Assembly (NCBI GenBank): GCA_964614525.1
Contig: CAZTPA010000009.1
Coordinates: 306 to 64,305 of the forward strand
Origin: an uncultured Bacteroidales bacterium
GTDB taxonomy: Bacteria; Bacteroidota; Bacteroidia; Bacteroidales; UBA7960
Length of the DNA: 64,000 nt
Reading direction: 5' to 3'
Part shown: piece by piece, positions 10,438-20,222 of the stretch
Layout: every line of letters begins with the position of its first letter
Numbering within the stretch: the first letter of the stretch is position 1
Made by a program: the position numbers and the translations under genes
Notes under the pieces: generated by a model
What the model was told of the DNA's origin: nothing
Seen by the model: the letters and a program-made list of their open reading frames with translations, nothing else
The model's database searches: none

Positions 10438-12888
10438 GTGAAAAAAGTAATATTAATAATCTCTCTCTTTTTAATCTTTATATCCGGCATATCTTATGCG
10501 AATGCTCAAAGTGCAAGTATTCGTGGAATGATAAAAGATAAGAATAATAACCCACTTGAATTTGTCAGTGTTTCTATTAAAGGAACTACAATAGGATCCA
10601 TAAGCAATGCTGAAGGTTATTATTACCTGTCTCTAACTCCCGGAGAGAATATTTCAATACTTTTTTCAACATTAAGTTATAAAAAGAAAGAAATTACAAT
10701 TAACATAAAGGAAGGTGAAAATATCGTTATAGATGTAATTCTTGAAAGCAGCACTTCAGACTTACCCGTTGTAGAAATAAGAGACAAACAAATTTTATCA
10801 TCAGATCTTGTTAAGATTGATCCAAAACACAGCAAGTTTATTCCCGGTCCCGGAGGCCAAATTGAGAATCTCGTCAAAACAATGCCGGGCGTTAGTTCCT
10901 CCAACGAACTTACATCGCAGTATTCAGTAAGGGGAGGAAATTTTGATGAAAATCTGGTTTATGTTAATGGAATAGAAATATACCGGCCATTTCTCGTTAG
11001 ATCAGGACAGCAAGAGGGATTGAGTTTTATAAATTCAGACCTTGTTTCAGAAATAACGTTTTCCTCAGGAGGTTATAATGCTGAATATGGAGACAAGATG
11101 TCTTCAGTTCTTGACATTCATTACAAAGAGCCGGAGGAATTTGCCGGATCAGCATCAATTAGTTTATTAGAAGGCTCGATGCATTTTGAAGGTGCATCAC
11201 CCAACAAAAACATATACTATCTTTTCGGTTTCAGACATAAATCAAATCAATATCTTCTGGGAACATTTGATACAAAAGGTGATTACAAACCTTCTTTTAC
11301 AGATATTCAAACTTTAATAAACTGGAAAATAAATTACAATTGGGATTTATCTTTTCTTGGCAATTATTCCAGAAACAATTATCTGTTTGTACCTGAAGTG
11401 CAGAAAACAAGATTTGGTCATTTAACTGATGTAAGGGAATTAACAATATATTTCGACGGACATGAAGTTGACCGCTTCACTACCGGACTTGGAGCTCTCT
11501 CTCTTCAATATAAGCCATATAAAGGTCTTTTACTGCAATTCAATACATCTGTTTTTCAAAGTGATGAAAATGAAACTTTTGACATACTAGGCCAATACTG
11601 GATACAAGAAATTCAAACAGATTTTGGCCAGGATGATTTTGGTCAACCAACCGGAAGATCATTGGGTGTTGGAAGCTTCTTAAATCATGCAAGAAACTAT
11701 CTGAATGCTATTGTGTGGAATGTTGAACACAAAGGACAAAACCAGATTGAAAACCATTTTCTCTCTTGGGGTGTAAAATATCAGTATGAGGACATCTATG
11801 ACAGGATAAGAGAATGGTCATTGCTTGATTCCGCCGGATATTCATTACCAAGAGAGCCGGAATATTATGTGATTTTGCAGGAAAGCATTAATACAGATAT
11901 ACAACTTAATTCATCCCGATTTTCAGGCTTTATACAAAACACATGGGATACAGAAAAAACTCATGGGAGGTTTTCTTTTACTACCGGATTGAGAGCAAAT
12001 TACTGGACTTATTCCGAGCAATTTATTGTTAGTCCCAGGATTACAGCAATGTACAAACCATATTGGGCTCCCAAATTTTCTTTCAGAGCATCTACGGGAC
12101 ATTACAGTCAGCCCGCATTCTACCGGGAACTTAGAGATTTAGAAGGAAATTTAAATCCAAATATTAAAGCTCAGGAATCATATCATTTTGTACTTGGTTC
12201 TGAATATGTTTTCAGGGCGTGGGACAGGCCTTTTAAATATACTACTGATATTTATTATAAAATTCTGAAGAACCTGATACCATATGAAATCGACAACGTA
12301 AGAATCAGATATCATGCAGAAAATTCGTCAGAGGGATATGCTATGGGCATGGATATGAGGATTCATGGGGAATTCGTACCCGGTATTGATTCATGGGCAA
12401 GTATCTCAATTATGCAAACTGAAGAAAAAATTGAGGGTAGTTATTATGAAGATGATGACGGAAATCTTGTTAGCACTGGATATATTCCCCGTCCCACGGA
12501 CCAAAGATTTAATTTCAACCTGTTTTTTCAGGATTTTCTACCTCGCAATCCAACATATAAAGTGCACCTGGGATTAGTTTATGGAACAGGTTTGCCATTC
12601 GGACCTCCTGACTCTGAAAGATATAAAAATACACTTAGAATGCCCTCATACAGAAGAGTTGACATTGGTTTTTCAAAACAACTAATAGGTGAGAAAACAA
12701 AACTATCAGACAAAAATCCTCTCAAACGAATTAATTCTGCATGGATCTCTTTAGAAGTATTCAATTTGTTTGAAATAAACAATACTATTTCATATATGTG
12801 GGTCAGAGATATAGAAAACAGATTAATGGCCGTACCTAATTATCTTACTTCCAGACTAATCAACTTAAAATTAGCAGTACATTTCTAA
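10438..12888 (+). CDS. TonB-dependent outer-membrane receptor with N-terminal CarboxypepD_reg domain
   Basis: The ORF track starts at TTG 10381, but the signal peptide VKKVILIISLFLIFISGISYANAQ begins at GTG 10438. IRGMIKDKNNNPLEFVSV is the CarboxypepD_reg domain. A plug region and a beta-barrel ending in F follow. Confidence 0.75.
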   Translation: MKKVILIISLFLIFISGISYANAQSASIRGMIKDKNNNPLEFVSVSIKGTTIGSISNAEGYYYLSLTPGENISILFSTLSYKKKEITINIKEGENIVIDVILESSTSDLPVVEIRDKQILSSDLVKIDPKHSKFIPGPGGQIENLVKTMPGVSSSNELTSQYSVRGGNFDENLVYVNGIEIYRPFLVRSGQQEGLSFINSDLVSEITFSSGGYNAEYGDKMSSVLDIHYKEPEEFAGSASISLLEGSMHFEGASPNKNIYYLFGFRHKSNQYLLGTFDTKGDYKPSFTDIQTLINWKINYNWDLSFLGNYSRNNYLFVPEVQKTRFGHLTDVRELTIYFDGHEVDRFTTGLGALSLQYKPYKGLLLQFNTSVFQSDENETFDILGQYWIQEIQTDFGQDDFGQPTGRSLGVGSFLNHARNYLNAIVWNVEHKGQNQIENHFLSWGVKYQYEDIYDRIREWSLLDSAGYSLPREPEYYVILQESINTDIQLNSSRFSGFIQNTWDTEKTHGRFSFTTGLRANYWTYSEQFIVSPRITAMYKPYWAPKFSFRASTGHYSQPAFYRELRDLEGNLNPNIKAQESYHFVLGSEYVFRAWDRPFKYTTDIYYKILKNLIPYEIDNVRIRYHAENSSEGYAMGMDMRIHGEFVPGIDSWASISIMQTEEKIEGSYYEDDDGNLVSTGYIPRPTDQRFNFNLFFQDFLPRNPTYKVHLGLVYGTGLPFGPPDSERYKNTLRMPSYRRVDIGFSKQLIGEKTKLSDKNPLKRINSAWISLEVFNLFEINNTISYMWVRDIENRLMAVPNYLTSRLINLKLAVHF

Positions 12889-13087
12889 TACTGACTTTTT
12901 GTCATACGCTCTTTTCTCTCCTTGAATAAGCATGTCATTTACATTTTATCTCCTGCCAAAAAAACTACTTTTTACAATTTTTCATGTCATAATTGCAAGA
13001 AATGACGCTAAATTTTCATTGGCATAATGATTGAGAACATATGGCAAAAGTGAAAACATTTAAGAACATTATAAAAACAAAATTAAC

Positions 13088-15001
13088 ATGGGTAAAATTA
13101 TAGGAATAGATTTAGGAACAACAAATTCATGCGTTGCTGTAATGGAAGGTAATGAACCTGTTGTCATACCTAATAGTGAGGGACGCAGAACAACGCCCTC
13201 TATTGTTGCTTTTACTGAAAATGGTGAAAGAAAAACAGGAGATCCTGCAAAAAGACAGGCTATTATTAATCCTACAAAAACAATATATTCAATAAAAAGG
13301 TTCATGGGTGAATCTTTTGATTCTATTGCAAAAGATCGCAAAAGAGTATCATATATTGTTGAAAAAGGAGAAAATAATACTCCAAGAGTAAAGATTGATG
13401 ACAGGCTTTATTCTCCGCAGGAAATTTCTGCTATGGTATTGCAGAAAATGAAAAAAACTGCAGAAGATTACCTGGGACAAGAAGTTACCGAAGCAGTAGT
13501 TACTGTACCGGCATATTTTAATGACAGCCAGCGCCAGGCAACTAAAGAAGCCGGAGAAATTGCAGGCTTAAAAGTTCGTAGAATTATCAATGAACCTACA
13601 GCTGCTTCTTTGGCATACGGCTTAGATAAGAAAAACAAAGATGTTCGTATAGCTGTATATGATTTGGGTGGTGGTACATTTGATATTTCAATATTAGAGC
13701 TTGGAGATGGTGTATTTGAAGTAAAATCTACAAATGGTGATACTCACCTTGGTGGTGATGACTTTGATGATGCTATTATTAATTGGCTTGCTGAGGAGTT
13801 TTTAAAAGACGAAAACATAGATCTAAGAAAAGATGCGATGGCAAAACAACGTCTTAAAGAAGCTGCTGAAAAGGCTAAAATTGAGCTTTCAAGCGCAACT
13901 TCTACAGAGATTAACCTGCCATATATAATGCCGGTTGATGGAATCCCAAAACACCTTGTAAGAACACTTTCACGTTCAAAATTTGAACAATTGTGTGATA
14001 AATATATTCAGGCAACAATAGAGCCTTGTAAGAAAGCTCTTAAAGATGCAAAAATAACAGCTGCTGATATTGATGAGGTAATTTTAGTTGGCGGTTCTAC
14101 CAGAATACCGGCCATACAAAAAATTGTTGAAGATTTCTTTGGTAAAAAACCATCGAAAGGTGTAAACCCTGATGAAGTTGTTGCAATTGGTGCAGCTATT
14201 CAAGGAGCCGTATTAAGTGGTGATATTAAAGATGTATTACTTCTTGATGTAACACCTCTATCTCTCGGTATTGAAACTTTAGGTGGTGTAATGACAAAAC
14301 TTATTGAAGCAAACACCACAATACCTACTAAAAAATCTGAAACATTCTCAACTGCTGCTGATAATCAAACTTCTGTTGAAATACACGTACTACAGGGAGA
14401 AAGACCAATGGCTAAAGATAATCGTACAATTGGAAGATTTCACTTGGACGGAATACCACCGGCACCTCGCGGAATACCACAAGTAGAAGTTTCTTTTGAC
14501 ATTGACTCTAATGGTATATTAAATGTTTCTGCTAAAGATAAAGCTACAGGCAAATCACAAAACATCAGAATTGAAGCTTCAAGTGGATTAAGTGAAGATG
14601 AAATCAATAAGATGAACAAAGAGGCTGAAGAAAATGCAGAAACCGACCGTAAAGTAAAGGAAGAAACTGAGAAAGTAAATGCTGCCGACAGTTTGATTTT
14701 CCAAACTGAAAAGCAATTAAATGAATTTGGAGAAAAAATTCCTGAAGATAAAAAAGCTACTATACAAAAAGCTTTGGAAGAGCTGAAAGAAGCTCATAAG
14801 AACAAAAATCTTGAAGCTATTGATGCTGCCATGAATAATCTTAATCAGGCCTGGCAAGCAGCAAGTGCAGATATGTACAAAGAAACACAGGGCGAACAAC
14901 CCCAAGGTGAACAAGCTCAGGAACAGGGAGAACAAAAATCCAAAAAAGATGATGACAATAACGGAGACGTTACAGATGTAGATTACGAAGAAGTGAAATA
15001 A
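13088..15001 (+). CDS. dnaK: molecular chaperone DnaK (Hsp70)
   Basis: 637-aa ORF with [17 protein letters not shown] and [11 protein letters not shown], plus an acidic C-terminus ending EEVK. Confidence 0.97.
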   Translation: MGKIIGIDLGTTNSCVAVMEGNEPVVIPNSEGRRTTPSIVAFTENGERKTGDPAKRQAIINPTKTIYSIKRFMGESFDSIAKDRKRVSYIVEKGENNTPRVKIDDRLYSPQEISAMVLQKMKKTAEDYLGQEVTEAVVTVPAYFNDSQRQATKEAGEIAGLKVRRIINEPTAASLAYGLDKKNKDVRIAVYDLGGGTFDISILELGDGVFEVKSTNGDTHLGGDDFDDAIINWLAEEFLKDENIDLRKDAMAKQRLKEAAEKAKIELSSATSTEINLPYIMPVDGIPKHLVRTLSRSKFEQLCDKYIQATIEPCKKALKDAKITAADIDEVILVGGSTRIPAIQKIVEDFFGKKPSKGVNPDEVVAIGAAIQGAVLSGDIKDVLLLDVTPLSLGIETLGGVMTKLIEANTTIPTKKSETFSTAADNQTSVEIHVLQGERPMAKDNRTIGRFHLDGIPPAPRGIPQVEVSFDIDSNGILNVSAKDKATGKSQNIRIEASSGLSEDEINKMNKEAEENAETDRKVKEETEKVNAADSLIFQTEKQLNEFGEKIPEDKKATIQKALEELKEAHKNKNLEAIDAAMNNLNQAWQAASADMYKETQGEQPQGEQAQEQGEQKSKKDDDNNGDVTDVDYEEVK

Positions 15002-15028
15002 TACTTTATTAAATTAAAAATCAGATTT

Positions 15029-15063
15029 AAAAAAAAAGGGGATTAATTAATCCCCTTTTTTTA
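15029..15063. terminator. bidirectional intrinsic terminator between convergent dnaK and tpx
   Basis: An A-run, then GGGGATTAATTAATCCCC (15038-15055, perfect palindromic stem), then a T-run. Confidence 0.7.
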
Positions 15064-15087
15064 TTTAAACAACAATACACAAGCAAG

Positions 15088-15600
15088 CTATGACAATTCT
15101 TTAGCGACAGCAAAAGCTTTATCAAAATCAGGAAGCTCACCTATTTCTTTAACAATCTCAACATATTTTACCACATCGTCTTTATCAATAATTATAATTG
15201 CCCTTGCCAACAAGCGATGTTCCTCAATAAGAAGTCCATATTTTAAACCAAAATCCAGATCTTTGTGATCAGATACTACTGTCATATTATAAACACCTTC
15301 AGCTTCACAAAATCGCTTTAATGCAAAAGGCAAATCATTTGAAACACTAATAATATGAACACCTTCAAGTTTTGATGCTTCGCGGTTAAACTTCAGGGTT
15401 TGTTGTGAACAAACACCTGTGTCAATACTGGGAACAGAAGAAATTATTCTTACTTTTCCCTGATAGTCACTAAGTTTTACTTGCTCGAGGTTTTGTCCAA
15501 TGCAATAAAAGTTTTTTGCATTCATGCCGGTTCTGACCATTTTCCCTAATAAAGTTACCGGTTTCCCTCCGAATGTAACTATATTTGCATTTCTTTTCAT
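15088..15600 (-). CDS. tpx: thiol peroxidase (atypical 2-Cys peroxiredoxin)
   Basis: 170-aa ORF. VPSIDTGVCSQQ is the Tpx active-site motif (S-x-DT-x-VC), and the second Cys lies in FCEAEG. Confidence 0.85.
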   Translation of the reverse strand: MKRNANIVTFGGKPVTLLGKMVRTGMNAKNFYCIGQNLEQVKLSDYQGKVRIISSVPSIDTGVCSQQTLKFNREASKLEGVHIISVSNDLPFALKRFCEAEGVYNMTVVSDHKDLDFGLKYGLLIEEHRLLARAIIIIDKDDVVKYVEIVKEIGELPDFDKAFAVAKELS

Positions 15601-15668
15601 AATTATATGTTTTTGTAAATTATTAATATCTTTATTTAATTGTTTTTGCCGGGATAAAAAACAATAAT

Positions 15669-15676
15669 CAAAGTTA
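15669..15676 (-). promoter_or_regulatory. candidate -7 box (TAACTTTG on the minus strand) for tpx
   Basis: Plus-strand CAAAGTTA is TAACTTTG on the minus strand, about 70 nt upstream of the tpx start. Confidence 0.35.
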
Positions 15677-15753
15677 ATATTTTTTTATAAATATCCGACA
15701 AACAACTTACATTTCCGGACAAACATTCTTTTTTAATAGTAAAACAACAAGAT

Positions 15754-17658
15754 ATGTCATACAATGGAACACAAGCTTTTATCAACAAGCTAATAGAAAA
15801 TAATCTTATTGATATAATTGATGAATTTGTATCTCCAAATTTGGAAATAAGCGAAATAACAGATCGTTATTCTAAAAACAACGCTAAGGCAATTTTGTTT
15901 AAAAATACCGGAACAAAATTTCCTGTGCTTACGAACTCTATGGGAAGTGAACAAAGAATTTGTTTAGCACTTAATGTTAAAAACCTTGATGATTTCGGAA
16001 ATGAGATTAAAACTTTATTCAAAACTATCGGTGAACCTCACGGTTCATTACTGCAGAAAATAAAATTACTACCAAAATTAAAAAGTATTGGTTCCTGGAT
16101 GCCAAAAAGCATAAAAGGTAAAGCACCTTGCCAGGAGGTAATAATGCAGGATCCCGATATAAATGAATTACCGGTTTTAAAAACCTGGCCGTATGACGGA
16201 GGAAAATTCATAACACTTCCTGTTGTTCACACAAAAGATCCTGAAACCGGAAAACGGAATGTGGGAATGTATAGAATGCAGGTATTTGACAAAAAATTAT
16301 GTGGCATGCATTGGCACAGGCACAAGGGAGGAGCAAAACATTATGAGCTTTATAAAAAAGCAGGAAAAAGAATGCCTGTTGCAGTTATTTTAGGCGGTGA
16401 TCCGGCATATACATACGCTGCTACAGCACCAATGCCAGAGAATATAGATGAATACTTACTTGCCGGTTTTATCAGGAAAAAAAATGTAAAGCTTATAAGA
16501 TGTATCACACAAGATATTGAAGTGCCGACTGATGCTGATTTTGTTATTGAAGGATACATCGATCCTAAAGAAGATTTACTATGGGAAGGTCCGTTTGGTG
16601 ATCACACCGGCTTCTATTCTTTGCCTGACTGGTATCCCGCTTTTCATATTACTGCTATAACACACAGAAAAGATGCAGTATATCCGGCAACTATTGTCGG
16701 AATTCCACCACAGGAAGATAAATGGATAGGAAAAGCAACTGAAAGAATATTCCTGGCACCTTTGCAGCTTACAATGGCTCCGGAAATTATTGATATGAAT
16801 ATGCCTGTTGAAGGTGTCTTTCATAATATTGTTATTATAAAAATAAAAAAGGAATATCCCGGACATGCTTTGAAAGTTATGAATTCACTTTGGGGAGCCG
16901 GCCAAATGATGTTTAGCAAAATACTTATTGTTGTTGATGAAAATGTGAATATTCAAAACTATTTAGAAGTTGCAAAAAGTATTTCCAATAACGTCAGAAC
17001 AAAATATGACATACATTTGAGCAAAGGGCCTATGGACGCACTGGATCATTCGGCCACGAAAGCATCATATGGTGGCAAGATGGGCATTGATGCTACATCA
17101 AAGATGCCGGAAGAATTAGAACAAGAGGAACAATATAAAGGTTTAGATTTTAAACCATCTAATCTTATTAAGGAACTAAAACAAAAATTTCCTGAATTTA
17201 TTAAAACCATAAATGCCACTTTATGTGAAAAAGGCGTAAACATTATTTTTGTTGGAATCAATAAGAATCAAAAAAATATTGTTAAAGAAATACATGCTGA
17301 AATTAAATTATCAGACAGTGCAAAAAATCTGACAGGGATTATCTACACGGACATTGAGGCAGATATAGATGACATAAATATGCTGGTGTGGAGGTGTGCT
17401 AATAATTTTGATCCAAAACGTGACACCTTTATGTCAGTGGAAGGCGAAAATGATATAATAGGAATTGACGCAACCAGAAAAACCAAAGAACTGGACAATT
17501 TCCAAAGGCCGTGGCCCAATATTGTTGTTATGGATGAAAATACAATAAAATCTGTTGATGAAAAATGGAGTTCTCTTGGAGTAAAAGAGTTTTACCCATC
17601 ACCTTCCGCAAAATTCAGAAACAGTCAATATAAGGGAGAGTCTTTTGCAGAAGAATAA
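15754..17658 (+). CDS. UbiD-family (prenylated-FMN dependent) decarboxylase, long form
   Basis: 634-aa ORF with MYRMQVFDK, MHWHRHKGGA, LGGDP and a FGDHTGFYS-type core. An extra segment sits between the core and the C-terminal region. Confidence 0.8.
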   Translation: MSYNGTQAFINKLIENNLIDIIDEFVSPNLEISEITDRYSKNNAKAILFKNTGTKFPVLTNSMGSEQRICLALNVKNLDDFGNEIKTLFKTIGEPHGSLLQKIKLLPKLKSIGSWMPKSIKGKAPCQEVIMQDPDINELPVLKTWPYDGGKFITLPVVHTKDPETGKRNVGMYRMQVFDKKLCGMHWHRHKGGAKHYELYKKAGKRMPVAVILGGDPAYTYAATAPMPENIDEYLLAGFIRKKNVKLIRCITQDIEVPTDADFVIEGYIDPKEDLLWEGPFGDHTGFYSLPDWYPAFHITAITHRKDAVYPATIVGIPPQEDKWIGKATERIFLAPLQLTMAPEIIDMNMPVEGVFHNIVIIKIKKEYPGHALKVMNSLWGAGQMMFSKILIVVDENVNIQNYLEVAKSISNNVRTKYDIHLSKGPMDALDHSATKASYGGKMGIDATSKMPEELEQEEQYKGLDFKPSNLIKELKQKFPEFIKTINATLCEKGVNIIFVGINKNQKNIVKEIHAEIKLSDSAKNLTGIIYTDIEADIDDINMLVWRCANNFDPKRDTFMSVEGENDIIGIDATRKTKELDNFQRPWPNIVVMDENTIKSVDEKWSSLGVKEFYPSPSAKFRNSQYKGESFAEE

Positions 17659-17665
17659 TTATGTG

Positions 17666-18205
17666 TTACTTCCTGTCAAAGAAAGGATTTTTTGAAGAGG
17701 CACTCAGTGGAATACCAAACACAATTTTATACTCCTCCCCCATAAGGTTTAATTCCTTTGCTGCCATTCCTATAGTGTACATAACCCGATTATCTATTCT
17801 CATATCCGCAGCAACCGAAACCGCAGATCCAACAGCTATTCCCAAATCTGTAGTATTAAAAGCACAAGGAATATCGGGGTATTTATTTTTTTCTTCACAA
17901 TTTTCAAAACCACACAAACCACAAATTTGAAGGCCTGCTGCATTTATTTTACATGCAATTAGTACAACAGCCTCGGCACCATCAAGAAGATTTTGCGAAT
18001 CCCGTAAAAAAATATGATTGTCGGAATCATCTCCAATTTGTTTCATCTTTTCAGCTAAAGCTATAATATCACCAGCAGTGAGAATAGCAGAGGAAATATT
18101 ATTCACACCTCTTGTTTTTGGAGCTGTGGTGGCTGCAATAACAATTCTTTTTGCAAGCTCAGGAACTACTTGCTTTATTAAATCATTATCCTTGAAAAAA
18201 GACAT
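17666..18205 (-). CDS. DUF2148-like ferredoxin-domain protein
   Basis: 179-aa ORF with the Cys cluster CGLCGFENCEEK. Family assigned from memory of DUF2148. It starts 11 nt after the upstream ATPase gene. Confidence 0.55.
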   Translation of the reverse strand: MSFFKDNDLIKQVVPELAKRIVIAATTAPKTRGVNNISSAILTAGDIIALAEKMKQIGDDSDNHIFLRDSQNLLDGAEAVVLIACKINAAGLQICGLCGFENCEEKNKYPDIPCAFNTTDLGIAVGSAVSVAADMRIDNRVMYTIGMAAKELNLMGEEYKIVFGIPLSASSKNPFFDRK

Positions 18206-18216
18206 ATAGACAGATA

Positions 18217-19113
18217 TTAATCAGTAAACTTTGCAATACTATCAATATACCGCAAAGGAACAACAGATATATCAGTAATATTCCTGTTTTTTGCAATAAT
18301 TACTTCAACTACATTGCCTTTTGAACTTTTTCCATTTGGTTTGCAGTATATATCATTCCTGTGCAAAAACAAAATAACATCTGATGATTCAACAATATAG
18401 TCAGGAAGTAAATTCAAAGTAGGTTTTTCTGTTAGTTTATCTGCATCAATAACCTTATTATGCTGAGAAAATAACAATATGGGAATATTTAATTCTTTTG
18501 CCAATATTTTCAAAGAATTAACAATAATATCAAGCTGCTTTTCTCTTGCAGTTTCATCTGCAATATTTGATACAAGCAACTCAAGATAATCTATAATAAT
18601 AAGTTCAACATATTCATTACGCTTCAGTTCATTTGCTCTTTTGCAAATCTCATTGTGAGATAAAACAGTAGTATCATCAATAAAGATGCTTGCTTTAGCA
18701 ATATTACTTAATAAAGTTTGAAGATGATCGTTTTCGCTATCCTTTATATCCCTATTAAGCAAATTATTTACAGATAAGCCTGTTTCACTTTCAATAATTC
18801 TGTTTGTAATTTTTTGCTTGCTTCTTTCCAATGAAAATATTGCTATGGAGTGGTTCTTTTTTATTGCAATATTAGAAGCTATTGATAACATGAGAGCGGT
18901 TTTACCCATGCCGGGTTTAACAGAGATTGTATTTAGCTGACCATTTTGAAATCCTAAAACTTCCTTGTCTAATAACTTGAAGCCGGTTGAAATTCCATTG
19001 TTGATTTCAATATCTTTAAGGTCTTTTTTTAGTGCCTGATTAACAATCTCTCCTATTGCAGTATAATCAGACACTACAGAGTGCTCTGTGACATCTATCG
19101 TATTTTCAGCCAT
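18217..19113 (-). CDS. DnaB C-terminal-domain-like RecA-superfamily ATPase (no N-terminal helicase domain)
   Basis: 298-aa ORF with Walker A KPGMGKTA, FSLERS, Walker B IIIDYLEL and SQHNK. The region equivalent to DnaB DLRESGSIEQDAD reads LLPDYIVESSDV. Confidence 0.7.
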   Translation of the reverse strand: MAENTIDVTEHSVVSDYTAIGEIVNQALKKDLKDIEINNGISTGFKLLDKEVLGFQNGQLNTISVKPGMGKTALMLSIASNIAIKKNHSIAIFSLERSKQKITNRIIESETGLSVNNLLNRDIKDSENDHLQTLLSNIAKASIFIDDTTVLSHNEICKRANELKRNEYVELIIIDYLELLVSNIADETAREKQLDIIVNSLKILAKELNIPILLFSQHNKVIDADKLTEKPTLNLLPDYIVESSDVILFLHRNDIYCKPNGKSSKGNVVEVIIAKNRNITDISVVPLRYIDSIAKFTD

Positions 19114-19232
19114 GTTACATAATTTTTAAATTTTTATTTCAAATATAATAAAAAAAACGCAGACTTTTCTCAATGTTGAAAAGTATTATTAGGAAGTAAA
19201 TAATTCAAGAACGACAAGTGTTACAGCCGGAA

Positions 19233-19607
19233 CTAAGCCATAACTATCTCATATTCAAGATCTAACTCATCAACAAGTTCTTTCCATGAATCCAGCAAAT
19301 CCTCTTCACCTTCAATATAGTGCCAGTATATTTCCACAGTATGCCCACTGTTTTTATACTCATCTATAAGCTCAAGAATTTTAAATAGATATTTTGAAGA
19401 ACTTGTATTAAAATAATTAACATTAAAATTAACGATCAAAGGTCTGTCTTCATTAAGTGTAAATTCTTTGACCCAATCAGTCAGCGGTTGAAAAAACTCT
19501 ATTGCATTATCAGGATAACTGGTTCCGGAGAAATTTAAAACGCCATTTAAATAATCAAAATTTATCCCAAAGGTTGTTTTTGTAGGAGCTAATATTAATT
19601 CTTTCAT
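19233..19607 (-). CDS. DUF1987 / SiaC-family regulatory phosphoprotein
   Basis: 124-aa ORF: INFDYLNGVLNFSGTSYPDNAIEFFQPLTDWVKEF then NVNYFNTSSSKYLF, the pattern I associate with SiaC-type partner-switch proteins. Confidence 0.75.
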   Translation of the reverse strand: MKELILAPTKTTFGINFDYLNGVLNFSGTSYPDNAIEFFQPLTDWVKEFTLNEDRPLIVNFNVNYFNTSSSKYLFKILELIDEYKNSGHTVEIYWHYIEGEEDLLDSWKELVDELDLEYEIVMA

Positions 19608-19776
19608 ACTATTACAATTTAAAATACTAATATGTTTATCAACTTAAATTTACTTTCCAATAAATAATTTAGTGATTATTGCATCAATAAATATAAAATT
19701 CGCTCTAAGTTAATAAAAACATATTTACAATAAAGTATATTTAGCGAAATTTTACTAAAAATTTAATTAACGTTCC

Positions 19777-19891
19777 TGGTATAGCTACAGTAGCGGATTT
19801 GCGGACTTCGTCACTGGCCACCGCTGCAATAGCCCACGCGTAGCAGCGAGCGCTAAACTACCACCAAGCCCCGCTATTGTTGGCTATACCA
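19777..19891. repeat. GC-rich structured extragenic element (long-range 9+6 bp closing stems)
   Basis: TGGTATAGC (19777-19785) pairs with GCTATACCA (19883-19891). TAGCGG (19791-19796) pairs with CCGCTA (19871-19876). The interior is much more GC-rich than its surroundings and contains GCGGACTTCGTC. Confidence 0.5.
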
Positions 19892-19907
19892 TGTTAGCGT
19901 GTCGTGG

Positions 19908-20222
19908 TTATTTATCAACGTTTATTTCTATTCCAGTTTGTTCGATTTCGTATGCAAAAGGATTTAGAGAATTAAAATCCTGTTCTTTTATCGGATGGGG
20001 TTCAATTCGTAAGTCAATATTTCTCCTTAATTTCATCAACTGTTTCTGAGCAGAGAAAAAATCAGGCATATTTTCTAAGACCAACGCAATATCTATATCA
20101 CTTTCTTCCTTTTCTTTTCCCTGTGCAAAGGAGCCAAAAAGATATGCCTTTTTTACCCCAAAGTCCTTAGGAATAATCATGATATACTGTTTTACTTTGT
20201 CTATAACTCTTTGATTAACCAT
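19908..20222 (-). CDS. minimal nucleotidyltransferase (MNT-type antitoxin)
   Basis: 104-aa ORF. AYLFGSFAQGKEKEESDIDIALV matches the G-S-x(9-12)-D-x-D polymerase-beta NTase motif. It overlaps the HEPN gene by 22 nt. Confidence 0.8.
   Translation of the reverse strand: MVNQRVIDKVKQYIMIIPKDFGVKKAYLFGSFAQGKEKEESDIDIALVLENMPDFFSAQKQLMKLRRNIDLRIEPHPIKEQDFNSLNPFAYEIEQTGIEINVDK

Noticed and set aside
12889-13087. Heat-shock regulatory element (CIRCE-like or a TAnnTTTG box) upstream of dnaK
   Set aside because: I found neither a CIRCE-type inverted repeat nor an exact -7 box. There are only short 5-bp palindromes (GTCAT...ATGAC), which are expected by chance.
19777-19891. Possible tRNA or other classical RNA gene, because of the GC-rich island
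   Set aside because: At about 115 nt it is too long for a tRNA. I could not fold a cloverleaf or find T-loop (GTTCRANNC) or anticodon-arm features. I kept it as an unclassified structured repeat.
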